A DNA stretch of 64,000 nucleotides from Guillardia theta CCMP2712 (Eukaryota; Protista; Cryptophyta). Of this stretch, positions 26,870 to 40,017 are shown piece by piece. The notes below the pieces were generated by a model. The model was not told the DNA's origin and did not search any database. It worked only from the letters and a program-made list of their open reading frames with translations. The stretch is from assembly GCF_000315625.1 (NCBI RefSeq), contig NW_005434648.1, positions 534,974 through 598,973 of the forward strand, given 5' to 3'. Position 1 is the first letter of the stretch. Each line of letters opens with the position of its first letter. A program made the position numbers and the translations under genes.

Positions 26870-29800
26870 AAACAGTGTTCCAATCAGTCGTCGGGTTGGA
26901 GCAAGACATCAAGACTTGATACATCGGCTAGTCCTCACTCGCTTCCTATCCGAGCTCTTCCTCTCTCTCTTCCTTGCCCTCTTCTCTCTATTCTCTACCG
27001 AGCGCTTGCTCTCCCTTGTTCTGCTCTCGCCAAGACTTTTTGAAACGGGGATCTCGCGAGTTTGACTAGGTTTGACAACCTTTTTTGGGCAGAACGATTT
27101 CGCTGTTCAGGCAAGGCAGGCAGGAGGAGAGTTGGGAGGGAGGAGGAGGCAGAGGACAAGGTGAACACGTATGATGGCAGCTTTGAGCAGGAAGTAAGTG
27201 CACAGCATCGGCCATCCTAACTTTCCCTCCGCTTCCATGGTGTCTCGCGCGGAGGGTCATGGCTTTCCAGTCAGGAACGATGAGTTCATGACAAGTTATG
27301 AGAACCTCTCAAGGGTGCAGCGGACTCTGAGACTGGACAAGGCGGCTAGTGAAAGCCTCTCAACTGAGTACAACAAGGTCTCCCGTGCAAACAGGCCCAA
27401 GTCTTCCATCTTCGATGTGTTCAAGTTCAAAGGTACACTTTCTGCCTTGCTCCAAAGTTCCCCTCTCCCTCCTCCCTCCCTTACCTCATCCTCCGAGTGT
27501 CTCACGTGAGAGTCTAGAGCTTCAGGACACTCAGCAGACAGCAAGAGATCACTGGCTGCCGGATACACCTCGACCACCAGCGCCTGTTGCGCAGGTAAAC
27601 TGAGCGATCACTGAATTTGCAAGACTTGACATGTCAAATAGCACACAAGTTTTAAAGCAGAGGAGCAGTTTTCTGTCAAAGACACCAAGAGTAATCTATC
27701 TTCATCATCACAAATTGAATCTCCATTGCCTTCGTGATCCTCTTCAATATCATCCTCTACTTTGCAATCATCGTCTTCATACCATCATCATCCTTCTCTC
27801 CGTCCCCACCTTTGTCTTAGATTGTCATCACGATCACTATCGTCGTTCCTTCATCATCGCAACTTATCTCATGCTCAGGAAACATCGAGACATGGGATGA
27901 AGTAAAGGCAGGATACATGTCACTCTCATACTACTGCATCTTCTTCATCGTCTTCCTTGCAGTCTTGGTATGTTCCTGACGCGAACATTCTTAAGAGAAC
28001 ATCTGTTGATGATCCATCTCTTCAGTCCTTGCAGAACATTCCTACAGATGCGTACGATATCGGCCAAAGTGTCCGGGGAACAGTCTTCAGCGAGGACTTG
28101 GACCTTACAGGGGTGACGGATTACTTGACCTTGTGGGATTATCTGGTCAGCGTGTCTTGTTTGTTCCGCAGTCTCCTCTCATTCCCCTTGCAACATCAGA
28201 TCGGAGAGGAAGAGGCCCAACCCGCGGATCCGACTGTAGCCTACACTCAGTACGCACAGACAGACTCGCCTGGTGAACTTGAACAAAGAGAGACCTTCCA
28301 CCTTCTTCTCCACCTCCTCCTCTCATGACCTCCTCCTATCATCCCCCTCTATCTGTCTCTCTTCCTCCCATCTCTCTCCCTCTCTCTCCCTCTCCATGAC
28401 TCACTTCTCTCTGCCTTCTCTCCTCCTCTTCTGATCTCACCCCCTCTCAGGCGCTTCCTCCAAGGGAGGGCTTCTCGGCAAGATTTTCATGGCGCAGTAC
28501 TACAACGACGAGCTGATACCCGAGAGAGACCTGGGCTACGGCATCACCTACATGAACCGACTGGTTGGGGGCCTGCTCATAGTCCAGCAGAGGTCTGATT
28601 ACGACAACAAGACTCGCTCCTCTTCGCGGTATAGCCAGTGGTACCTTCCCTTCATCTCCCGCCAGGAGTCCAGGGCAGACTTTGGGCTGGCTGTCTCCCC
28701 TCCAAGTGTCCAGGACCTAGGGCTTGTCGACGCTCGATTCTCCAACAACCAGGACGTGCTGGCACAGGCGGACGTGAAGCGGCAGGAGGTGCTTGACTGC
28801 TTCAGGTATCAGGAGAGCATCGGCGGGTACGGGAAGCTCTTCAGGGCGTCGGTGGAGCGAGACGTGCACATGGAACTAGCGTGGAGGCTCAGAGATTCGC
28901 TCTGGATCGACCAGCACACGAGGAGCATTGAGGTCAAGTTCGCTCTCTACAACGGCAACTATAACATATTCACCTTCTGCAAGCTCACCGTCCGCTTCTC
29001 TCCCAGCGGCGGCATCGACCGGCTCGACACGACGCCCTATTCCCTCGTCACGTCGGGGATACGAATGGAACCGTACGCGGGCAGCGGGGGAACGAGGCTG
29101 CTGCTTGTGGAGCTGCTCTTCTCCCTCATGATAGGATACCAGGTGGGCGAAATTTTCGTCACGGCCGCTCAGAAGCTAAGTAGCTCAAGGAGAAGCTTCT
29201 TTGCTTTCCTTACCTCCTTCTGGACCCTCCTGGACATTGTCAACCTCTTCCTCTTCATCTACTCTATAGTCAACCGATATCAGTTCATCGTCCACCTGCT
29301 GCAAAACCCCATCAAACTCCCTTGCAACCAGTACGAGCCCATCCTGGAGGCCACCAGCAACATGCAGCAGAAGCAGCTGCAGCTCAACGGCATCAACATC
29401 TTCCTGTGCTTGCTGCGCTTCTTCTCCTTCTATCGCTTCCAAGACAAACTCAACGTTCTCACCCTCACCTTCCAGATTGCCTGGGTCGACATCTATCACT
29501 TCGGCATGCAGCTGGGCGCGGCCTTCATCCTCTGCGCCCTGATGGGCTTCTTTCTCTTCGGCTCCAGCACCGCTTCCTACTACCGCATGGACTTGGCGCT
29601 TACGTCAATCTTAGAGATGTAATCAATTCAATGTTGTGACCAGTGCGCTGATCGTGGGAGAGAGAGTCTTGTTGGGGATTTCTTGTTCGCACAATCTGGA
29701 TGTTACGTTTTACTCTTGTTGTGATTCGTCTTCGAATGACATGTCATTTCTCAGAGTGACTTGTTCATGCAGGTGCGTCAACAACTACGACCTCCCAGCG

Positions 29801-30862
29801 CTCCGACGAGCTTCGCCGCTTCTTGCCGATGCCTTCATGCTGTTCGTCTCCATCTTCATCGCTCAGATTTTCCTAGGCTGCTTGCTCGCCATCCTCATGT
29901 CCTCCTTCTCCAAAGCTGTCACGGGGCCCAACTCCGACGGTTCCGACGGCATCAGTTTCACCATCGGCCAGCAGCTCGGCCAGGCTCTCTCCCGCCTCTA
30001 CTTCGCGTACCAGCAGAAGTTCGGCAAGGAGCAGCAGCGACCGCAGGAGGGGGAAAGAACGTCCAGGATGCTGGTGAAGATGTGCGAAGAGCTGCTGCAG
30101 GAGGGCGTGGAGGCCTTGAGCAAGGGCGAGCTGGCCGCCAGGATGAGGATAGAGCAGGACGTGCCGGAGGACAGAGCGAAAGAAATCAACCAGCAGCTGC
30201 ATACACACAGCTTCTGGTTCGTTCACACTGAGCCTCCTCCCAAGAACGTTACAGGCTTTCGTGATGACGTGGACTTTGGGGACGAGCAGCTATGGGACGA
30301 GGTGGAACTTCTACAGTCGGAGAACGAGCGTCTGCGCCAGCAGCTCAAGTTGTTCAGCACAGACACTCCAAACGCACAGGACGCAGAAGCTTCAGACAAG
30401 CATCTTACGCACAAGACAGGCTACTTGAGGAAGAAGGGAGGATACGGGGGAGGGTCCCAGTGGATCGCTGAGGGGAGCAAGCAACTCAGCGGGCTCAAGT
30501 GGGAGTGGAGATGGTTCTGCATCACTCCGAAGTACATCTCCTTCTACAAGAACCACAACCAGACAACTCCTGCCTTCATTATGTCCTGGGTCGAGATGGT
30601 CAACATCGAGATCGACGCTCAGCCGCAATCTTCGTCCCTTGACAGCAGCGCGATAGGAGAAACCCCACAGAAAGCTTGTTTAGGCTTCGCCCTGATCTTC
30701 AACACATGCAGGGTGGAGGTGATGTGTTATGACTTCAGGGAGCGCGCAGACTGGCTGGTGTCCATCAAGGAGTGTATCGACGAGCTTGTGCAGCAAGGAA
30801 AGGACAGGTACTTCCTCCTCAAGAATCGCAAGAGCTCGATTGCAAGGATGGACGCTAGATGA
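26870..30862 (+). CDS. Polycystin-2 (PKD2/TRPP)-like cation channel with C-terminal coiled coil and PH domain; start uncertain
   Basis: LRDSLWIDQHTRSIEVKFALYNGNYNIF (polycystin domain), FWTLLDIVN, six TM segments with pore; KTGYLRKKGG...WEWRWFCI...ERADWLVSIKECI (PH). Confidence 0.82.
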
Positions 30863-31129
30863 GGCGGATCATGCGATGCTTGTTGTAGTTGTAATACATC
30901 AAATAGTATCAGGAGGAATCAGATTCCTTGAAGTTGAACGCTGGAGGGGGCGGATCGATTACATGATGACGACATACCTGAGAAGAAAACAGGAGGGAGA
31001 GAGGAGGGAGGAGGAAAACGAGAGAGTCAGTATCCATTCAACTCAACAGAACAGGTATGTTGGAAAATCCTATCGAAGGAGCAACAAATGAGAAATAATT
31101 TTTCATTTTGGAACCATCCTGCCATCTCT

Positions 31130-31410
31130 CCGTCTTGCTCCCTTAATTGTCATTTTTCACTGACTACTTGTTACACTTGGGCTATCATGTGCTTTATCAT
31201 AGTCTATATCTGCTGCCATGTCACATACTGTATCATATGCTACTTTGTCTGGACTATTCTATATCATGTGTCATATCATTTGCAATTTCTGTTGTGCAAC
31301 TTATCATATACCGTACCACTTTCTATCTCATTTCCCATAACACATTCCAAAATACGTTCTATACCACATTCCATATCACGTTCTATACCATATTCTATAT
31401 CATAATGTAC
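31130..31410. repeat. AT-rich degenerate minisatellite (TATCAT/TTCTATACCA units)
   Basis: Repeated ACGTTCTATACCAYATT and TATCAT motifs. Confidence 0.6.
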
Positions 31411-31679
31411 ATCAGAGGTTAATGTGGAGGGTGCCGATCCTGTATGTTCCTTCCTCGCAAGACATTGACTTACCCGCGGTAAGAGCCCTTGGGCATGTTG
31501 ACGAAGGTGCTCTGTCCCTCGACATCAGTGTTCTCTTGGCAGTCGGTGCATCCTGAGCAGCCATCGAAGCTTCCCCATCCCGTCTGGAGAGGAGGAGCGG
31601 AGAAAGGGCCTGTCCTGTACCCTCCCATGGGGTAGCACTCGAGCGCAGTGAGGAACGGCATTGCGATGGCTCTTCGATG

Positions 31680-32245
31680 TCCACCCACCCCTCCCTATCA
31701 ATTAGGGCAAAGTTTGGGTGGGGGTATACACCCCTACCTCCCCATGACCTCTCGTCTCGGTGACTCGAGTTTCACATACCTGGTATTTTCAGGGTGACAG
31801 ACCAGGTGAGGGTGGGTACCCTCACCTGGTACAGAAGACTTGCCTCGTACATTGTTCACTCAGTCCGGGCCGGTGGCGGGCGGGTGCCGAGGCCCGGCGG
31901 GGAAATGGAGGCGAGGAGATTGTTTTGTTAAATGGTAGGTGGGTGGGTAGTGAGACCCCTACCCCTTCATTTGATGCTTTTTGTTGGGATATTTCAGGGG
32001 TACTTTCCTTTCTCGTTCTATTTTCTGTCATACCCGACCCACTGATTCTGACACCCCTTTATTAAAGGTCACAAGAAGGGGTAATTGAACAACAACAACT
32101 TTTCCCAAATAATCATCATATTTGTTTGATTTAGTTGAAATCCTATGATTCAATTACGCATCCTCTCATTTATTTCAAATAATTGTCCAACTTGTGAAAA
32201 TCAAGTACCCCCCTTTCTCAACACACCAACCCTCTAAAAAAAAAT
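31680..32245. repeat. ACCCC/GGGGTAC-rich block with a perfect 13-bp hairpin; probable non-autonomous element
   Basis: ACCAGGTGAGGGT-gggt-ACCCTCACCTGGT at 31801-31830; CCCCTACCTCCCCATG near 31731 resembles the Fanzor right end CCCTACCCCCATG. Confidence 0.5.
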
Positions 32246-32279
32246 CCCTCGTGCAGGCCGACTGTGGACTTCACGAGCT

Positions 32280-33762
32280 ATGGCTGTCGGGTAACGCATG
32301 CTCCCGCTCTCTTCCTCCTCCTCCTCCTCCTCCTGTCACTGTGATGAAGTTCTACAATATCCTGAACGTCTCTGAATGCACGAGATGTGAAGGATGTGTT
32401 GAGTTTGCATTGTGTCTTGTGTTCTTGATGTTGAATCCTGTATTTCATGGCTTTCCAAGTGGTATGGAATGACAGGGGAAGATCAGGGGATGGATTCAAC
32501 TTTTAGTGGAGAACAGCTGTTGATGCATACAAAATGAGGGATATTTCCTCACACTTGGCATCCAGCGTGATAATGTGACATGTTGAGTGCCGACAAGCCA
32601 AGGATTGACTAGGATTGGAACGACTGCATTGAATTCCCGCAGGGGGCAACATGAAAGCTATTTCGCAGTTGCCGTAGAGGATTCGAAAATTGTTGGAACT
32701 TGGCTCAATAGGATGTGTATGAGGATTGTACTTGATGGTATTTCTGAACCTGTTAGGATTATGTCCCCCATGTGCTTTGATTTCGTGTTTCCTACCTTCC
32801 TCCCTCTGCTCACCGCAATCGTGGTCGCTGACTTCTGTTTCTCAGCAAGAACAAGCGTCTTAGCAAAGGTAAAAAGGGGAAAGGAAAAAAGCAGGTAGAC
32901 GCCTTCTCCAGAAAGGACTGGTACGACATCAAGGCGCCCAATGCTTTCCAGGTTCATTTCCCTTGCACGTTCGTCTTCCTCCCTCGTGATCGTCCTGCTG
33001 CAGATCCGTAACGTTGGAAAGACTCTTGTCACCCGTAGCTCTGGCATGCGCGTTGCCACCGAATACTTGAAGGGCCGCGTTGTGGAGGCCAACCTTGCGG
33101 ACTTGAACAAGGACGAGGACCAGAACTACCGCAAGATCAAGCTCCAGATGATGGTTAGCCGTCCTCGCCTTGCCTTGGGCGTTCGGTTGACTCGTCTTGC
33201 AGGACATCTCCGGAAAGAACTGCCTCTGCAACTTCTACGGAATGGACATGACCACTGACAAGATCCGCTCCCTCGTCAAGAAGTGGCAGACCACCATCGA
33301 GTGCACCGTCGACGTCACCACCACCGACGGCTACAAGTTGAGGATGTCCTGCATTGCCTTCACCAAGAAGAGGGCAAACCAGTTGAGGAAGACCACCTAC
33401 GCTCAGACTGCTCAGATCAAGCAGATCCGCAAGAAGATGACCGACATCATGACCAAGGAGGCTTCTACCGTCGACCTGAAGGACCTTGTCCGCAAGTTCA
33501 TCCCTAACTCTATTGGCACCCAGATCGAGCAGGCTTGCCAGGTTGATGTTAAAAGATCGTTGCAAGTTTGTTTCTGACACCTTCGTTTCTGCAGTGCATC
33601 TATCCTTTGAAGGATGTCTACATTCGTAAGGTTAAGACTCTTAAGGCCCCCAAGTTCGATATCACCAAGCTCATGGAAGTTCACGGAAACGCCACTGAAA
33701 CCTCCGCACCAGCTCCTGCTGCTGATGAGGGAACCAAGGTTGACCGTCCAACTGAAGCTTAA
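32280..33762 (+). CDS. RPS3A: 40S ribosomal protein S3a (eS1), multi-exon
   Basis: MAVG|[11 protein letters not shown]...[58 protein letters not shown]. Confidence 0.97.
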
Positions 33763-33908
33763 ATTTTTCTTGCAAACAAGTAAAAGATGAAAATACGCAT
33801 CAGTAGTCCTTGTTTCTTTCTTCATCCGATGGGGACAGATGCGTTGAAGATTTACTTCAATCTCAAAATTCCCTCCAAACATCATGCAACAAGGTCAATC
33901 ACTTGCCT

Positions 33909-34400
33909 TCACGTCTGACCCTGTTGCATCCTCTGCAGCCTTTCCGCCTTGAGGGGAAGGAACGAAGCGGAGGAGCTCGCGAGCACAGAGACGTCATGGT
34001 CGACATCGTGCATGGACTTCTCAATGCCATCGAGCCTTTCATCGAGGTTTACAAAGGATTTCTCGAGCTTCTCGTTCTTGATTCCCTCGCTCCACTTGGC
34101 TCGACGAGTCTCCAGTACGAGAAGGGAGATCCCGATGCCGAACACCACCCCCTCAGAGATCAGAGTGGCTCCTTGCTTAATAGCTTCTTCTTCTGCGAGG
34201 GGAGCAATCTCCTTCACGCGGATGCTCGTTCCGAACAACTTCATTCTGATCTCCATCCTGTGCATTATCTGTGCAGCCCCTGCGCATGTCCTTTTGACCC
34301 TGTCGTACTTGATGGATCGAGCTATCAGAACGTTGGCCATGGGCTTTGCTGCTTGTCGTATCGCTAAGATCGCAACCTTGAAAAGAGGCAGAATTGCCAT
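33909..34400 (-). CDS. OPA3: OPA3-like mitochondrial protein
   Basis: LPLFKVAILAIRQAAKPMAN...PLAEEEAIKQGATLISEGVVFGI is the OPA3 family signature. Confidence 0.9.
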   Translation of the reverse strand: MAILPLFKVAILAIRQAAKPMANVLIARSIKYDRVKRTCAGAAQIMHRMEIRMKLFGTSIRVKEIAPLAEEEAIKQGATLISEGVVFGIGISLLVLETRRAKWSEGIKNEKLEKSFVNLDERLDGIEKSMHDVDHDVSVLASSSASFLPLKAERLQRMQQGQT

Positions 34401-34679
34401 TTTGCTCCTCTACCTTGCTGGAGATAACTATGACGAACGTAGGTTATAGGTCCGTACTTGCCACTTCTTGGCGCTTGAAAATCACAGCACTTTTATGAGC
34501 AGCTCAGATGTGCGTCCTTGACGTTGTCCGAAGCTTTTCCAGTCTGCTCCTATACTACTCCTTCACTGTGAAGTACTGTGCTGTCCCCCTCGCTGTCCTT
34601 TCAGCAGCCCTTTCACCTGTGCTCTCCTCTACACACTCCTCTCCTCTCCAGTTTTTCTTTTGCTCTTCTTTCTCCTTCC

Positions 34680-34910
34680 CTCTTCTCTTCTCTCCTCTCT
34701 TTCTTTTACTCTTTTTCCTCCTCACCTCACCTCTCCTTTCCTCACCTCACCTCACCTCACCTCTCCTTTCCTCTCCTCTCGCCTCTCCTCTCCTCTTCTC
34801 TCTCCTCTCCTCTCCTCTCCTCTCCTCTCCTCTTCTCTCTCCTCTCCTCTCCTCTCCTCTCCTCTCCTCTCCTCTCCTCTCCTCTCCTCTCCTCTCCTCT
34901 TCTCTCTCCT
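34680..34910. repeat. (CTCCT)n microsatellite
   Basis: Direct inspection. Confidence 0.95.
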
Positions 34911-35103
34911 CTACCGTCTCGCCTCGTTCCAAAGTCCCACCTCCGTCATTCTTCCTCCTTTTCCACCACCCACCCCTCATGACCGCATCTTCCTGCCTGC
35001 TAGTACCCCTTCAGAAGTACCCCACCCTACGATCGAGGAAACTGATAACCCCCTCCTTTGGCTTGTTGGACCCCCTCTGATTGGGCCTGTCAATCCTGCT
35101 GTG

Positions 35104-36930
35104 ATGGCGACGGCGATTCTGGAACGGCGCCATGCCCAAGACATCAGGAGCCGCGACCGCTCACAGACTGAATGCAGTCCCGTTGCAGGACATCCAGCTC
35201 CTCCATCTTCTCGTTCTCTTCCTCGCTCATTCCAAGGAGAGGGACTAGAGGCCTCGCGTCGCTATGATGACATGGAACAGGCCAGGAGGTCTGGTGTCGG
35301 TTTAGCCTTCGACCATGGCAGCCTGCGCGTGGATGAGATCCTGGAGGGGTACTCTGCCATGTATAGCCACATCGTTGAGAAAGGAGACAAGCTTGTGTTC
35401 GTTCAAGGCGTTCCCGGACAGGGCGATGCACAGTTTCCCAACAACGAATTTGCCAAGTTGTTTGGAGAAGCCATTCCAGGAAGGTTTGCTCTCAATGCTG
35501 GGATGTAGAGCCTTCTTGACGGCATTTATCAGACAAGGAACGTTTGTGAAGATGGGGTTTGAGTGCTCCAATCCAAGACACAGAGATGTCGAAGACACTT
35601 TGTACAGCAAGTGATGATACCGTAGAGCCTTGATGGGGCTGTTCTGATTTGCCTTGCAGAGAATTCTCCTCCTCGTGGGACCACAAGGCATTCCATGTGC
35701 TACTGATGCGGGGAACCCGTCAGTATCTCCTCCTTGTCAGCAGAAGACTTTTGCTCGAGCGAACTGTCCAAGAGTTCAAAATCCTCAACGAGAAACTACG
35801 GGGGATGCTCGGCATGAGAACTTTTAACCCTTCATCGGTCTCGATGACTACAGAAGAGCTGATAAGTTCGATCTACGTGAACAAAGACATGATCTCGCAC
35901 AAGTCAGAGCGCGTGAACGTTGTCGAAGCTTTTGGTGTCTTCGACAGGGAAACGAACTCTGTTATGGGGCAAACTCGAGAGTTCATGATGCAGGAAAGCT
36001 ACCTTGCTGTCTTGGTCCTCTGTGTGAACTGTTTGCATGACAGGTGATTCCTCGTCCGGGCAATCAATTCAGCTACGTCAACAAACCGCTCGAGAGGTCT
36101 GTCACTGTTATGTCATACAGTGCATGTGATAGCAGAGGTCGTTTCAGCCAAGTATCTGCTAGATTCCAAAAGCTTCCAGGCGCCCAGTCTGCGTTCGAGT
36201 GGTTGAGGGAAGCAAGGAAGGTAACTTCACCTCCTGCCTCCTTCTCGATTATGTTCCGACGTGCATGCGCAGGAGCAAGATCTCCTGCAAGAGAGGAGTG
36301 AAGCGCGGCAGCGTTGCAAGGTCTGCGTACAGTGGCACGTTCCCCTCCTCGTCCCCCTCTGACTTTTGTCGTCTCGCAGGAGCTACTTTCTCGCCTGCAA
36401 GGGATTGTTGCGGTCCTATGAAAGACTTCGATTGACTTCCTTTGACCCCTTGACAGAAGCTGAAGAAGCTGGAAGATCAGCAGACGGGCATCGATGTGGA
36501 AACGGTGAAGGGAGAAAAAAGCTTGAGGTAATCTCCCTCCCTTCTCTCCCCTCCCCTCCTCCCCCCGCTTTCCTCTCCTTCCCCGTCCTCTTCCTCCCCA
36601 TTCCCCCTTCTTTCCCAGCAGACGCCAAAGTCTCACTGCTCCCATTTGCTGCTGCCCGGCCTGTTGCTAACTCCCCCGCGTCTCTACCTGCCTCCATCTC
36701 GCTCAACTCTTACCTGCAGGATGAGGGAGCTTGAGAAGAGGATCGAGGAGGCAAGGACGAGGCAGAAGGAGGTGAATCGCAAGCGGAGAAGAAGGAAAGG
36801 CTCACGCGTGTACAGGCGATAGAGGAATTTGAGAAGCAGCACAGGAGGAGGCGAGATGCGGAGCTGAGAATAGGAAAAGTGGGAATGGCGTCACGGGCCA
36901 TGGGGGGTCAGACGAGTTAAAGTCATGACG
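35104..36930 (+). CDS. Hypothetical multi-exon protein
   Basis: Exon-like segments bounded by AG/GT (GLEASRRYDD..., RTVQEFKILNEKLRG..., VIPRPGNQFSYV); family not recognised. Confidence 0.45.
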
Positions 36931-37148
36931 AAGGTGGGCGCGGAGCCGTTCATCTATGGTTAGTAGATAGGAATAAACGCTGGAGGACCAAACATGAAGG
37001 TCTGTGGGACGGCGGAGGTCCGATGATAGCGGGGATGGAGCAGCAGGAGGCAAGCGCTGTGAGAGGAGGAAGAGGGGAGAGGTGCGATGTGATCGATTTA
37101 TACACTCAAGAGGGTTGCTAGTCTAAGAGCGTTAGGTGCTTGCACAAG

Positions 37149-38685
37149 TTACTTGACCTTCTCCAGCGCCTGCATGGGCGTCATGCCGGGGTTGGCAACG
37201 AGCATCTCCTCGATGGCGATGATCTTGGTGACTCCGTCGATCATCTTCTGGACGAGCTCGACCTCGGAGAACCCGATGCGCTGCTTGTTGGAAATGTCCC
37301 ACTTCCCTCCTACCGCCTCCGAGTGCTCGCCCGACGACCCGCGCGGCTGCAGGTCGAAGGCATCGCAGACCTTCTCGAGGGCCTTGGGGTCCTTGTTGAG
37401 CTGGGGGATGCGGATCATGACAGAGGCGCGGAGGCCAGTGCCCAGGTTGGAGGGGCAGGTGCCGAGGAAGCCGAGCTTGTCGCTGTACATGAGCTTCGCT
37501 CCGTTCTTCTGCGCGGCCTCGGCGATGGTGTCGGAGATCTTGCAGAAGCGAGCGAAAACGGACCAGACGTCTCCTCCCTTCTGCATCGAGATGATGCGGC
37601 AGTGGTCCTCCTCGTTGCACCAGGCCAGGGCAGTCTTCTCGTTGTTGTGGAAGATGCCACGGTTGTCGGGCCACTGACGAGCAGCTCCAGCAACAGCAAG
37701 CAGCTGGGCTGGTCCTGGCTTCTGGAAGAGGAAGCCGTTGGACTGAAGCATCTCCTCCTCCTGGGCGGTGAGGTTGCCGAGAGGGTAGTACTTCCCTCGC
37801 AGTTCTCCCTGGAACATGCCGAACGCCTGCTTGAGAACGTTCTCCACCCCCTCGCGCTCCTTGGGAGTGGCGCCGCAGGGAAGCGAGAAGCCGCTGATGT
37901 TCCTCGCCGCGCGCACGCGGGTGGACTCGACGTACTGGTCGAACTTGAGCTGCTGCTCCCTGCTGAAGTTGAGGTGGAGGGGGTTGAGATCAGACCTGTG
38001 GGACTGGGTCTCCGGGTCGAACTTGTGCCATCCCTTAACGATGGGGTAGATGATCTCCTTGAAGAGGTCAAAGCACTCCTCGTCTCCTGCGGTGAAGCCG
38101 ACGCCAAGATGAGGCTTCAGGACTCCGCACTGGATGGCGTTGGAGAAGGAGTAGCCCTTGGAGGAGGTGATGTCCTTGTACTTGGCGAAGAGATCTGCAG
38201 TGAGGACCTTGGACATGAGCGAGCGATGGCCCGAGTGGAAGGGAGGCAGCTCAGTAAAAGTGATGAACTTAAAGTCCTCGGTGTCCTTGGGGTCGGGCTT
38301 CGAGTTCTTCCTCTGCTCCTCCAACCACTTCTCGAACTTGGCGACTTCTGCCTTCTCCTCGGCTGACATGCTCTTCTTCAGAGTGCTCTGATCCATGAGC
38401 ACATCACAAACAGCAAACTGACTATCTATTCATCCTCTTACCTTCTCAGACTTTCCTGCTTTGGACTTGGGAGCCCATGGCTCCACATCCTTCTGCAGGT
38501 GGCTGCGAACTCCTGCACGTCAAGGAGTCAGCTTCCTAACAGGTTCAATCATTGCCATGGTGGAGAAACGTCCGAGCGTGGAGGAGGAAGGAGGACAGCG
38601 GTAGCATTTCGCACTCACCATAGGCAGCAGCCAATCCAAGGCTCAGGGCGATGCCAATCTCGAAGGCAAGCTGGCGTCCCTGCAT
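37149..38685 (-). CDS. ATP:guanido phosphotransferase (arginine/creatine kinase family)
   Basis: STRVRAARN, WPDNRGIFHN, NEEDHCRIISMQKGG, CPSNLGTGLRASV, DISNKQRIGFSE; inferred 5' exons give MQGRQLAFEIGIALSLGLAAAYG. Confidence 0.95.
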
Positions 38686-39654
38686 GGAATGAGCAATAGG
38701 AAGAGGACGCGCTGCTTGTCACACCTTGATGGCGTCATTCGGTCCAGATGCAAAGGTGCGGATATAGACTTGCTTCGCGCGAGAAGCATAAACCTTGGAT
38801 ACCAGGAACCTACGAAGGAACATTCCCTGGCGCAGGTCATCAGCAATGTATGAGTGGAGAAAGGAGCTGAATCGACGAATGCTGGTCGTCCATTTCACGC
38901 TGGCATGCATTCTATTCCGGTTTCTTGCATCATTCATCCACCACATCTTCTTTCCAGCTCACAAAATCCTTCTCCTCAAGTATTCCTTCCCTGCTCTGAA
39001 CACTTTCACTTGTGTGTCATCAGTACCCCTTCATAGGTGGGTCAAAGTCAAACATTCGATTCTAGTCGTCTTGTCCCACTTCCATCTCATTGTGACATGT
39101 CTTCATCCTTCTCCTATCTACTTCCTTCCTCTCCTCTCCCCTCTCCCCTCAGCATTTTCGTCGCTGGAACTGAAATGCCCTACATCTTCTGCATGCTCTA
39201 CACCCTCAAGCGATCCTGCGAGGCGGACATGCGTGTCCATGGGGGTGGGGGTAGATGCCGGGGAGGTAGCCAAGATCAAATTGCGGTAAAGACGGTATTT
39301 CAAGGGGTACTTATGTGGTAAATTGATGGTGGGGGTCCATCAATAAGGGGTGGGTGATCCCATACCAAATGACATTTCTATATTGGTTAAGTGACACACT
39401 ATGACCAATGGTGACCCAAAAATTAGAATCTCAAAAAAAAATGTCGAAATCGCGGTGAGGTGCAAACCCCGAACGGTAAAACAACAAAGGAGCAACGAGA
39501 ATATAGAATGTTGTGATTAAAAAAAAGAACATCCCTGCAAATCCACCTGTACAAATCAATTCTTCCGAAGTCTAAACACCCGTCTGTTTATCTATCAAAG
39601 TAGAAGTAGGGGTGGGTACCAGGTTTGTGGCTCAACAAACTTCGAATATTTCCC

Positions 39655-40017
39655 GCCTTCCCGCCCTCCCGCCTTCATCCGAAGTCTAATAACTACCCGT
39701 TTGTTTATCTGTCGAACTTGAGTAGGGGTGGGTACCAGGTTTGTGGCCTTCCCGCCCTCCCGCCTTCATCCGAAGTCTAATAACTACCCGTTTGTTATCT
39801 GTCGAACTTGAGTAGGGGTGGGTACCAGGTTTGTGGCCTTCCCGCCCTCCCGCCTTCATCCGAAGTCTAATAACTACCCGTTTGTTATCTGTCGAACTTG
39901 AGTAGGGGTGGGTACCAGGTTTGTGGCCTTCCCGCCCTCCCGCCTTCATCCGAAGTCTAATAACTACCCGTTTGTTATCTGTCGAACTTGAGTAGGGGTG
40001 GGTACCAGGTTTGTGGC
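39655..40017. repeat. 90-bp tandem repeat, about 4 near-identical copies plus one degenerate copy at about 39565-39630
   Basis: AGTAGGGGTGGGTACCAGGTTTGTGGC recurs at 39721, 39811, 39901 and 39991. Confidence 0.97.

Noticed and set aside
37140-38366. 408-aa plus-strand ORF
   Set aside because: Antisense shadow of the GC3-rich phosphagen kinase
39655-40017. CRISPR array next to a Cas12-like nuclease
   Set aside because: Units are identical along their whole length with no unique spacers, and the context is eukaryotic
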